From positions 1 to 26,280 of the forward strand of contig JAXDKY010000075.1 of assembly GCA_034666885.1 (NCBI GenBank): 26,280 bases of DNA, written 5' to 3'. The notes beneath the pieces are model-generated. The model saw nothing but the letters and a program-made list of their open reading frames with translations, did not search any database and had not been told where the DNA came from. Position numbers and translations under genes: made by a program. This DNA comes from Chloroflexota bacterium. Lineage in GTDB: Bacteria; Chloroflexota; Limnocylindria; Limnocylindrales; CSP1-4. Shown here piece by piece: positions 16,095-24,119 of this stretch (its first letter is position 1; every line of letters starts with the position of its first letter).

Positions 16095-18932
16095 GTGTCC
16101 GGCTCCTACCAGTCGCAGGCCTACCCCATCGAGCGCCGTCCGCCGCCCCGTCGATCGACGGCAGGCTGGATCGCCATCATCGTCTTCGCGTTCCTCGCGG
16201 CGGTCGGGATCCTGGGGGCCATCGCGGTCCTGTCCGTCTACGCGGGACTGGCGAACGGGCTCAAGGATCCGGCGGCGCTGACCGACTACACGCTGCCCGA
16301 GGAGACGGTCCTGCTCGACCGCACCGGCAAGGTCGAGCTGGCCCGCTTCGGTGACTTCAAGCGCGACATCGTCACGTTCGACGAGATCCCGCCGATCCTA
16401 CTCGATGCCACGACCGCGATCGAGGATAAGACGTTCTGGGACAACGCTGGCTTCGATCCGCTGGCGATCCTCTCGGCGGGCCTCGACTCGCTGCGTGGCC
16501 AGAGTCGCGGCGCCTCCACGATCACCCAGCAGCTCGTGCGTGCTCGGCTGCTGCCCGAGGAACTCGTCCAGAACGGGGAGCGAACGTACGAGCGAAAGCT
16601 CAAGGAGATCATCCAGTCGATCCGGGTGACGCAGGCCTTCCAGGGTCTCGACGGCAAGAAGGAGATCATCACCGCCTACCTCAACCAGAACTACTACGGC
16701 AACCAGAGCTACGGCGTGAAGGCCGCGGCCCGGTCGTACTTCGGCAAGACGCTCGACCAGCTGACACCGGGCGAGGCGGCCATCCTCGCCGCCCTCCCGA
16801 AGTCGCCGTCCAACTACGACCTCGCCCGGAACGCGCTCGAGCATTGCGATGTGACCCCTGCCGAGGGCGACCCTTGCCCGCCGGCGTCGAGCCACCTGGT
16901 GGTGCCGGCCGACACGACGATCCTCCAGCGGCGCGACCAGATCCTCAAGCTCCTGGCCGACGGGCGAACGCCCATGTCGAAGGCCCAGTACAGCGACACC
17001 GAGCTCCGCGCGGACGTCGGCACGGACGTGGAGATCGTCCGCCAGTCGACGCCGCGCTGGCAGGCGCCGCATTTCGTCTGGGCGGTCCGTGACGAGCTGA
17101 CCGTCAAGCTGTGCGGCGCGGACACCCCGACCTGCGACCGGCTCGAGCAGGGCGGCCTGCGCGTCACCACGACCATCGACCTCGACGTGCAGAAGATCGC
17201 GGACAAATGGGTCAAGGCCGCGGCACTCGTCCCGCACCGCAAGAACCCGGCCGCGGCGGCCAAGGCGCTCGGCTTCAAGAAGTACGAGAGCTGGATGAAG
17301 AACCTCGAGAACAAGAACGTCCGCAACGGGGCGCTGGTCGCGGTCGACTACCAGACCGGCGAGCTCATCGCCTACGTCGGGTCGGCCGAGTACTACGCGA
17401 CCTCGAGCAAGCCCGAGTTCCAGCCGCAGTACGACGTCGTGGGCCAGGGCTACCGCCAGCCCGGATCCGCATTCAAGCCGTTCAACTACGCCGTGGGCCT
17501 CGACGACGGGACCCTGACCGCGGGCGACATGTTCATGGACGTGGGCACGGACTTCGGTGGCGGCTATGCCCCGAACGACGCCGACAACCTGGAGCGCGGC
17601 CCGGTCCGGCTGCGCAACGCGCTGCAGTTCTCCCTGAACATCCCGTCCGTCAAGGCGATGGCGGTCAACACACCCGACCACGTCTTCGCGCGGGCCAAGG
17701 ATTTCGGCATGACCTTCAAGCGCGACACCACGGACGCCGGCCTCGCCCTCGCCCTGGGCGTGGCGGAAACGCGGCCGATCGACCTCGTGTCGGCCTACGC
17801 GACGATGGCCAACGGCGGCCGGCGCATCCCGCCCGTGACCATCCTCTCGATCAAGGATCGCGCCGGGGACCCTGTCGCTCCCGACTACACCCCGCCGGAA
17901 GGCACACAGGTCGTGAAGCCCCAGGCCGCGTGGATCGTGACCGACATCCTCAGCGGGAACACGCAGCCCAAGGTCAACCCGTTCTGGGGGAAGTTCGCCA
18001 TCAGCGGACCCGGCGGCGATCACCGGCCGGCGACCCTCAAGACCGGCACGAACAACGACGCCAAGGACCTCAACGCCTACGGCTACATCGCGCCGCCGAC
18101 GGATGCCGGCCGAAAGGCGGGCGCCTATGCCCTCGCCGTCGGAGCGTGGAACGGCAACAGCGACAACACCCCGGTCTCGAAGCCCGGCGCTCCCGTGTTC
18201 TCGATCGATGTCTCGACCTACGTCTGGCAGGGGTTCATGGAAGAGGCGAGCAAGAAGTGGGAGATCACCGACTTCCAGCGCCCGGATGGCCTGACGAAGG
18301 TCGCGATCGATCCGTTCACGGGCCTCCTGCCGGCGCCCGGCGGCAAGAGCGTGGATGAATGGTTCATCGGCGACAGCGGCCCCAAGGCCCAGGCCGGCGG
18401 CGACACCTGCGGTGAGAAGGTGCTGGCGACCGCCGGACACGAGCGGAAGTTCGCGAACTGGATGGCCGCGGATCGCGACTGGATCGCGCGTGCCAGCCGC
18501 GGCGTTGGGACGCGCGGCGGCCCCAATGGCACGCGGGTCGCGTACTTCTACAACGGCAGCTTCAACCCGTTCGGCCGCACCTGGGGCGCAGTCGTCGCTG
18601 GCAATGGTTGCGGCTCGCCCAGCCCGTCGCCGTCCTGCTTCGTCACCCCGACCCCGGACCCGAACGGCGTGATCCCGTCGTTCGCGATCCCATCGCCGAC
18701 CGGTTCCGAGATCGCCGCGCTCCCCTGCCCGACCGCGTCGCCGACCGAGAGCCCGTCGCTGGAGCCGAGCGCCGAGCCGACACCCGAACCAACGCCGGAA
18801 CCCCCGGCGCCGACACCCGAACCGACCCCCGAACCCACGCCGGTTCCGCCGGCGGCCACGCCCGAGCCGACGCCGGCTCCCGCCGCACCCGCCGCCTCGG
18901 CCGCGGCGCCCGCCGCATCCGCGGCTCCCTAG
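16095..18932 (+). CDS. Class A penicillin-binding protein (transglycosylase + transpeptidase) with a Pro-rich tail
   Basis: N-terminal TM; TG motifs AIEDKTF, GASTITQQL, RKLKE, YLNQNYYG; TP motifs SAFK (SxxK), SLN, KTGT. GTG 16095 follows CATGCT by 7 nt; ATG 16083 is an alternative start. Confidence 0.95.
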   Translation: MSGSYQSQAYPIERRPPPRRSTAGWIAIIVFAFLAAVGILGAIAVLSVYAGLANGLKDPAALTDYTLPEETVLLDRTGKVELARFGDFKRDIVTFDEIPPILLDATTAIEDKTFWDNAGFDPLAILSAGLDSLRGQSRGASTITQQLVRARLLPEELVQNGERTYERKLKEIIQSIRVTQAFQGLDGKKEIITAYLNQNYYGNQSYGVKAAARSYFGKTLDQLTPGEAAILAALPKSPSNYDLARNALEHCDVTPAEGDPCPPASSHLVVPADTTILQRRDQILKLLADGRTPMSKAQYSDTELRADVGTDVEIVRQSTPRWQAPHFVWAVRDELTVKLCGADTPTCDRLEQGGLRVTTTIDLDVQKIADKWVKAAALVPHRKNPAAAAKALGFKKYESWMKNLENKNVRNGALVAVDYQTGELIAYVGSAEYYATSSKPEFQPQYDVVGQGYRQPGSAFKPFNYAVGLDDGTLTAGDMFMDVGTDFGGGYAPNDADNLERGPVRLRNALQFSLNIPSVKAMAVNTPDHVFARAKDFGMTFKRDTTDAGLALALGVAETRPIDLVSAYATMANGGRRIPPVTILSIKDRAGDPVAPDYTPPEGTQVVKPQAAWIVTDILSGNTQPKVNPFWGKFAISGPGGDHRPATLKTGTNNDAKDLNAYGYIAPPTDAGRKAGAYALAVGAWNGNSDNTPVSKPGAPVFSIDVSTYVWQGFMEEASKKWEITDFQRPDGLTKVAIDPFTGLLPAPGGKSVDEWFIGDSGPKAQAGGDTCGEKVLATAGHERKFANWMAADRDWIARASRGVGTRGGPNGTRVAYFYNGSFNPFGRTWGAVVAGNGCGSPSPSPSCFVTPTPDPNGVIPSFAIPSPTGSEIAALPCPTASPTESPSLEPSAEPTPEPTPEPPAPTPEPTPEPTPVPPAATPEPTPAPAAPAASAAAPAASAAP
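18762..18929 (+). repeat. Low-complexity coding repeat (EPTP/PEPT and AAPA units) at the PBP C-terminus
   Basis: EPSAEPTPEPTPEPPAPTPEPTPEPTPVPPAATPEPTPAPAAPAASAAAPAASAAP. Confidence 0.85.
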
Positions 18933-18970
18933 CCTCCGCGCGTGGGGCCGCCGACCCGCCCGACCGCGCG

Positions 18971-19756
18971 ATGATCATCGAGCTGCGCGACGTGACCGTG
19001 CGGCGCGCCGGCCGGACCATCCTCGGACCGATCGACTGGCAGGTGGCCGACGGGGAGCGCTGGGTCGTGCTCGGGTCGAACGGCAGCGGCAAGACGACGC
19101 TGCTGTCGGTGGCATCGATGAACCTGTGGCCGACGACCGGCACGGTCGACGTGCTCGGCGAGCGCTACGGCCGCACCGATGCCCGCGAGCTGCGGCGGCG
19201 GGTCGGCTTCGCCGGGAGCGCGATCGAGGCGGCCATGCGCGACGACCTGACGCCCGAGACGCTGATCATGACCGCGCGCCATGGCGCCTTCGAGCCGTGG
19301 TGGCACGTCTACGACGGAGCGGACCGCGAGCGTGCGCGGGAGCTCGGGGCGCGGATGGGCGTCGGCGGCCAGCTCGATCAGCCGTTCGGGACGTTGTCGG
19401 CCGGGGAGCGGCGGCGGACGACGATCGCCCGCGCGCTCATGCCCGATCCGGAGGTCCTGATCCTGGACGAGCCGATGGCCAGCCTGGACCTCGCGGCCCG
19501 CGAGACGCTGCTGGCCGATCTCGAGGCGCTCGCCCGGGGATCGCGACCGAGGGTCATCGTCCTCGTGTCGCACCACCTGGAGGAGATCCCGGCGGGTTTC
19601 GGGCACGCTCTGGTGCTGGCGGAGGGGCGGGCCGTGGCGGCCGGACCGGTCGGAGCCGTCCTCCGCGACGACGTGCTGGGCGCTGCGTTCGGCCTACCGG
19701 TCACGGTCGAGCGGCGCGACGACCGCTGGACGGCGCGGCGGCGACGACCGCGCTGA
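18971..19756 (+). CDS. Orphan ABC ATPase (ModF/YlmA-like)
   Basis: Walker A GSNGSGKT, signature LSAGE, Walker B LILDE, switch SHH; DVLGERYGRTDARELRRRVG segment typical of this subfamily; no adjacent permease. Confidence 0.85.
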   Translation: MIIELRDVTVRRAGRTILGPIDWQVADGERWVVLGSNGSGKTTLLSVASMNLWPTTGTVDVLGERYGRTDARELRRRVGFAGSAIEAAMRDDLTPETLIMTARHGAFEPWWHVYDGADRERARELGARMGVGGQLDQPFGTLSAGERRRTTIARALMPDPEVLILDEPMASLDLAARETLLADLEALARGSRPRVIVLVSHHLEEIPAGFGHALVLAEGRAVAAGPVGAVLRDDVLGAAFGLPVTVERRDDRWTARRRRPR

Positions 19757-19808
19757 GGAGCCCGGCCTACGACACGCGAATGTCACCGGAGCGGTGCACC
19801 ATGAGGCC

Positions 19809-21398
19809 GTGACCACCTCAACGCCGTCGACGATGCGGCCCGGCATCGGCACCATCCCCGCCGTCCCACGCTTGGACGCCGCCGCTGCGGGTGCCGCCGC
19901 GGCCGCCCTCGCGCTCGGGATCTCGGAGGCCATCGCCGCACTCCTTCCGGGTGCCGTGTCCCTGCTCGCCGCCGTCGGCCAGGCCGTCATCGACCGGCAG
20001 CCGCCGGGCGCCAAGGACTTCGTCGTCGCATTGTTCGGCACGAACGACAAGCTCGCCCTCGAGGTCGTCGTCGTGCTCGTTTCGCTGACCGCGGGCGCGG
20101 CGCTCGGCGTCATCGCGGCACGCAGGTTCGCCGTGACGGCCGCCGCGTTCGGGGCCTTCGGCGTCCTCGGGTTCCTGGCCGCGCTCGGGGACCCGCTCGC
20201 GAACCCGGGCATCGTCGCACTCCAGACCGCCGTGTCCGTGGGGCTGTCGATCCAGACGCTCTCGTGGCTCCTGGCGCGAGCGGTGAACATCTCGACGTCG
20301 TCGAGCCGCGCGCCCGCCCCCGCGACGGACCCCGCCCGCCGCTCATTCATCATCCGGACCGGCGCGGTCGGCGTCGCTGCGCTCGTTGCCGGCGTCACCG
20401 GACGGAGCCTGATCGACCGCTCGAGGACCGCGCCCGCCGAGGCCGGTTCGCTCCCGCCCGCCGGCGATGTCGTGCCGCCGCTCGCCGCCGGGACCGACCT
20501 CGCTCCGACCACACCCGGCCTGACGCCCATCGTCGTGCCAGCCCAGGACTTCTACCGCATCGATACGGCGCTGCTCATCCCGAGCGTCGACGCCTCGACC
20601 TGGAGCCTGCGCATCCACGGGCTCGTCGAGCGCGAGACGACCCTCACCTGGGACGAGCTGCTGGCGCTCCCCCAGTTCGAGCAGTACGTGACCATCGCCT
20701 GCGTCAGCAACGAAGTCGGTGGCAACCTCGTCGGCAACGCGAAGTGGCAGGGAGTCCGCCTTCGCGACGTCCTCGACATCGCCGGCGTGTCGGCCTCGGC
20801 CACCCAGCTCGTCGGGCGGTCGGTGGACGGATTCACGGCCGGCATGCCCACGGCCTGGGTCATGGACCCGGATCGCGAGCCGATGATCGCCATCGGGATG
20901 AACGACGCGCCGCTCCCGCCATTGCACGGCTACCCGGCGCGGCTCATCGTGCCGGGCCTGTACGGCTACGTGTCCGCGACGAAGTGGCTCGCGGAGCTCG
21001 AGCTCACGACCCTCGAGGCCTTCGACGGCTACTGGGTCCCGCTGGGCTGGGCCAAGGAGGCGCCGATCCTGACGCAGTCGCGCATCGACACGCCGCGCGG
21101 CGGGTCGTCGGTCGGGGCCGGCCGGGTGCCGATCGCCGGCATCGCCTGGGCGCCGGATCGTGGCATCTCCAAGGTCGAGGTCGCGGTCGATGGGAACTGG
21201 AGCGAGGCCCACCTGTCGACCCCCATCTCCGACACGACCTGGGTCCAGTGGGTGGTGCCGTGGGACGCGACCGCGGGCCAGCACTCGATCAGCGTCCGTG
21301 CGACCGACGGTACGGGGACGCTGCAGGACGAGATCCCGTCGCGGCCCGCGCCCGATGGCGCCCGCGGCTGGCACACCATCGACGTGGGGGTCTCCTGA
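19809..21398 (+). CDS. Membrane-anchored molybdopterin oxidoreductase, sulfite oxidase family (5 TM + Moco domain + Ig-like dimerisation domain)
   Basis: FYRID, TIACVSN (Mo-ligand Cys), GNAKWQGV, HGYPARLIVPGLYG, KWL, C-terminal VRATDGTG; internal RRSFI motif before TM5; CACCAT lies 6 nt before GTG 19809. Confidence 0.9.
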   Translation: MTTSTPSTMRPGIGTIPAVPRLDAAAAGAAAAALALGISEAIAALLPGAVSLLAAVGQAVIDRQPPGAKDFVVALFGTNDKLALEVVVVLVSLTAGAALGVIAARRFAVTAAAFGAFGVLGFLAALGDPLANPGIVALQTAVSVGLSIQTLSWLLARAVNISTSSSRAPAPATDPARRSFIIRTGAVGVAALVAGVTGRSLIDRSRTAPAEAGSLPPAGDVVPPLAAGTDLAPTTPGLTPIVVPAQDFYRIDTALLIPSVDASTWSLRIHGLVERETTLTWDELLALPQFEQYVTIACVSNEVGGNLVGNAKWQGVRLRDVLDIAGVSASATQLVGRSVDGFTAGMPTAWVMDPDREPMIAIGMNDAPLPPLHGYPARLIVPGLYGYVSATKWLAELELTTLEAFDGYWVPLGWAKEAPILTQSRIDTPRGGSSVGAGRVPIAGIAWAPDRGISKVEVAVDGNWSEAHLSTPISDTTWVQWVVPWDATAGQHSISVRATDGTGTLQDEIPSRPAPDGARGWHTIDVGVS

Positions 21399-21451
21399 CA
21401 CAGCCGACGCCGCGCCGTCGTCCCAGCAGGGATTGGGTATAGATTCGGGAC

Positions 21452-22057
21452 ATGCCGCGACGTCGTTACATCTTCGATCCGCCCGATCGGTTCATCGCCG
21501 GCACGGTCGGCGATCCGGGCAACCGATCGTTCTTCCTCCAGGCGCGCGAGGGCGGCCGCGTCGTGTCGGTGGCCCTCGAGAAGGTCCAGGTCGCGGTCCT
21601 CGCCGAACGGCTCGGCGACCTGCTCGGCCAGCTGGATCGGCGCGGCGTGCCGCACGGGTCGAGCGAGTCCGAGCGCGTCCTCGAGGAGGCCCTCGGTCGG
21701 GTCGACGCGGGTGGCCTGCTCGGCGAGGACCCGGCAACGCTCGACGAACCGCTGGTCGAGGCATTCCGGGCGGGTTCGCTGACGCTCGGCTGGGACGCCG
21801 AAGCGCAACGGGTGCTCGTGGAGGCTCGCGCCCAGGACGAGGACGGTGAGGCGATCGACCCGGACGACGATGACGACGAGGACGAGGACGGCCCCGACCT
21901 CCTACGCGTCCGGCTGACGGCGGCGGCGGCCCGCTCGTTCGTGGCCCGCGCGGCGCGGGTCGTGGCTTCGGGCCGGCCACCGTGCCCGCTGTGTGGCGCA
22001 CCGCTGGACCCGCAGGGCCACATCTGCCCCCGGCGCAACGGCCATTACGTCAACTGA
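21452..22057 (+). CDS. DUF3090 family protein with a C-terminal CxxC...HxC motif
   Basis: FDPPDRFIAGTVGDPGNRSFFLQA, VALEKVQV, GRPPCPLCGAPLDPQGHICPRRNG; TAGATT lies 6 nt before the ATG. Confidence 0.85.
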   Translation: MPRRRYIFDPPDRFIAGTVGDPGNRSFFLQAREGGRVVSVALEKVQVAVLAERLGDLLGQLDRRGVPHGSSESERVLEEALGRVDAGGLLGEDPATLDEPLVEAFRAGSLTLGWDAEAQRVLVEARAQDEDGEAIDPDDDDDEDEDGPDLLRVRLTAAAARSFVARAARVVASGRPPCPLCGAPLDPQGHICPRRNGHYVN

Positions 22058-22076
22058 CCGGGGCGAGGGGCTCGCC

Positions 22077-22805
22077 GTGCCGGATCGAGCCGGGACCCTC
22101 GAGATCCTGCGCGACGGCGCCATCACGATCCTGGGGCGGGTGATCGGCTCCAGCAACAACGCGCTGCTCGTGACCGTCGCCTGCCCGGGCCCCGAACCGA
22201 TCGAGGAACTGCCGGCGATCTACAAGCCGACCGCCGGCGAGCGGCCGCTCGACGACTTCCCGGACGGCACGCTGACGCGCCGCGAGGTCGCCGCGTGGCA
22301 CGTGTCGGAGGTGAGTGGCTGGGACATCGTCCCGCCCACGGTGCTGCGTGACGGCCCGTTCGGCGAGGGCATGGTCCAGGCGTACGTCGAGCCGGACCCG
22401 GCGGTCGATGTCATCGAGCTCATCACGACCGCCGACCCGCGCTTGCGGCGGATGGCCGTTCTCGACGCGGCGATGAACAACACCGACCGCAAGGGCGGCC
22501 ACATCCTGCCCGTGGATGGTGGGCGCCACATCCACGGCGTCGACCATGGCGTGTGCTTCTCCACCGTCCCGAAACTCCGGACCGTGCTCTGGGCGTGGCG
22601 CGGTCAGCCGCTGGAGGCCGACGAGCTCACGGGCTTGCGGCGGATCCGCGACGGGCTGGACGGGGAGCTGGGCGTGGACCTGCGAGCGTTGTTGGGTCGG
22701 ACGGAAGTGCGCGCCACGGCCCGCCGCGTGGACGCGTTGCTGTCGAGCGAGCGATTCCCGCTCCCGTCGCCGACCTGGCCGGCCATCCCCTGGCCGCCGT
22801 TCTGA
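22077..22805 (+). CDS. SCO1664-family protein (phosphatidylinositol 3/4-kinase-like fold)
   Basis: IYKP..GERPL.DFPDGTL..RE.AA, NNTDRKGGH (catalytic-loop-like), VDHG (DFG-like), KLRTVLWAW; GAGGGG RBS before GTG 22077. Confidence 0.85.
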   Translation: MPDRAGTLEILRDGAITILGRVIGSSNNALLVTVACPGPEPIEELPAIYKPTAGERPLDDFPDGTLTRREVAAWHVSEVSGWDIVPPTVLRDGPFGEGMVQAYVEPDPAVDVIELITTADPRLRRMAVLDAAMNNTDRKGGHILPVDGGRHIHGVDHGVCFSTVPKLRTVLWAWRGQPLEADELTGLRRIRDGLDGELGVDLRALLGRTEVRATARRVDALLSSERFPLPSPTWPAIPWPPF

Positions 22806-22832
22806 CCCGGGGGATGCCGGCAGATAGACCGC

Positions 22833-23381
22833 CTAGACGGACGTGGCGGCCTTCACGACCTGGGTGTGAGCGAAGACGTCGTGCCATCCCTGCTTCGTGG
22901 GGCTCTGCGCGGTCGTGTAGAGCAGGAAGATGACCCACAGCAGAGCCAGCAGCGAGAGCAGGAGCCCGATCAGCGGGATCGGCGACAGGACCTGCGCGAG
23001 GATGCTCGGGCCGCTGAGGGCGAGGAATCGGCGGATCGCCTGATTCGTCGTGAGCGTCGCGCCATCGCCCGCGTTGCCGATCTGCATTCCCAGGAGCTTC
23101 ATGCCGACCGTCGCTCGCATGGACGTCCACGTGTACACGAAGTACACGCCGGTGACGACAAGGCCGAGGATGGCGGCGATGAAGGAAGCGACGTAGTTCG
23201 TTTCGACGACGCCTGTCGTCGTGATGGCGTTGGTGGCGAGACCGACAGCGGCGAGGACGATGCCGATCACCAGGAGGATCACGAACATGATGATCGCGTC
23301 GATGATGTAGGCGATGACCCGATTCGGGACATCCGCGTACACGAACCCCGAGGACTGCGCGGTCGGGCTAGGTGCTGTCAT
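22833..23381 (-). CDS. RDD family membrane protein
   Basis: NRVIAYIID (R, D), ATVGMKLLGMQI, QGWHDVFAHTQVV (D); 3-4 TM; GAGGGAG RBS before ATG 23381. Confidence 0.9.
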   Translation of the reverse strand: MTAPSPTAQSSGFVYADVPNRVIAYIIDAIIMFVILLVIGIVLAAVGLATNAITTTGVVETNYVASFIAAILGLVVTGVYFVYTWTSMRATVGMKLLGMQIGNAGDGATLTTNQAIRRFLALSGPSILAQVLSPIPLIGLLLSLLALLWVIFLLYTTAQSPTKQGWHDVFAHTQVVKAATSV

Positions 23382-23405
23382 GGGCTGATGTCTCCCTCTT
23401 CGTTC

Positions 23406-23445
23406 CCTCTCGCTTGGGTGGCGAGAGGCGACTTGGGGCATCGTA
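23406..23445 (-). promoter_or_regulatory. RDD promoter -10 (TACGAT, 23445-23440) followed by a 5'-UTR hairpin
   Basis: Perfect 8-bp stem CCTCTCGC / GCGAGAGG (23406-23428) with a 7-nt loop, lying between the -10 and the RBS. Confidence 0.5.
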
Positions 23446-23519
23446 GCGGCTCGGCCTACCGTCGCAAGGGCTTTTCACACGAGGGTCGACGGTACGCACC
23501 AGCGTCATGACGGGTGCCG

Positions 23520-24032
23520 CTACCGCACGAGCTCGTGCGCGAGCAACTCCATCAACAGGCCGTCGGCCCACGAGCCGTCGGCCATGCGCTGGTACTGGCG
23601 CATGCGCCCGACTGGCCGGAATCCGACCCGTTCGTACACGCGGATCGCGACATCGTTGTCGGCAGCCGGGTCGATGGTGAGGCGGTGGTGCCCGTTCTCG
23701 TCGATGAGGCGAGCAGCGAGGCTGCGGATCGCCGCAGAGCCGATGCCCTGGCCGTGGAGGTCGGGATCGACGAACAGGTCGATGTTGGCGTGTCGGAAAT
23801 CCGCCTCGGGTTCCTCGAAGGACTGGATCGAGCCGGCCAGCCGCGCGCCGACCTCGATCGCGTAGATCGTGAGATCGGGCTCCTGGCCCAGGAACTCCGC
23901 TTCGACGCGGGCGCGGTCGTCGTAGCCCGGCCACCAGCGGGCGACCTCCGGCCGCGCGAGCATCGCGGCGAGGGCGGGGATGTCGTCGGGGCGGATGGGC
24001 CGGAGCGTGACGACGGGCGGGTCGAAGGGCAC
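23520..24032 (-). CDS. GNAT-family N-acetyltransferase (RimL/AAC(6')-like)
   Basis: TLRP...PEVARWW, IDLFVDPDLHGQGIG (acetyl-CoA motif A), TIDPAADNDVAIRVYERVGF; GTG 24032 lies 6 nt after TACCCT. Confidence 0.9.
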   Translation of the reverse strand: MPFDPPVVTLRPIRPDDIPALAAMLARPEVARWWPGYDDRARVEAEFLGQEPDLTIYAIEVGARLAGSIQSFEEPEADFRHANIDLFVDPDLHGQGIGSAAIRSLAARLIDENGHHRLTIDPAADNDVAIRVYERVGFRPVGRMRQYQRMADGSWADGLLMELLAHELVR

Positions 24033-24119
24033 GCCCTGAGGGTAGCGCTCGGCGTCACGAAAGGCAGCGCTAAGGACGAACGAAGGGCGAGTGCAGCCAA
24101 CGGCGCTACGATCGGTGCG

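Noticed and set aside
22800-22820. Possible third copy of the NMO-flanking repeat (GCATCCCCCGGGTCAG on the minus strand)
   Set aside because: Similarity is limited to a C/G run that includes the SCO1664 stop codon; expected by chance at this GC content.
23520-24032. Aminoglycoside resistance gene aac(6')
   Set aside because: A widespread chromosomal GNAT subfamily in a housekeeping context, with no mobile features; the substrate cannot be inferred from sequence.
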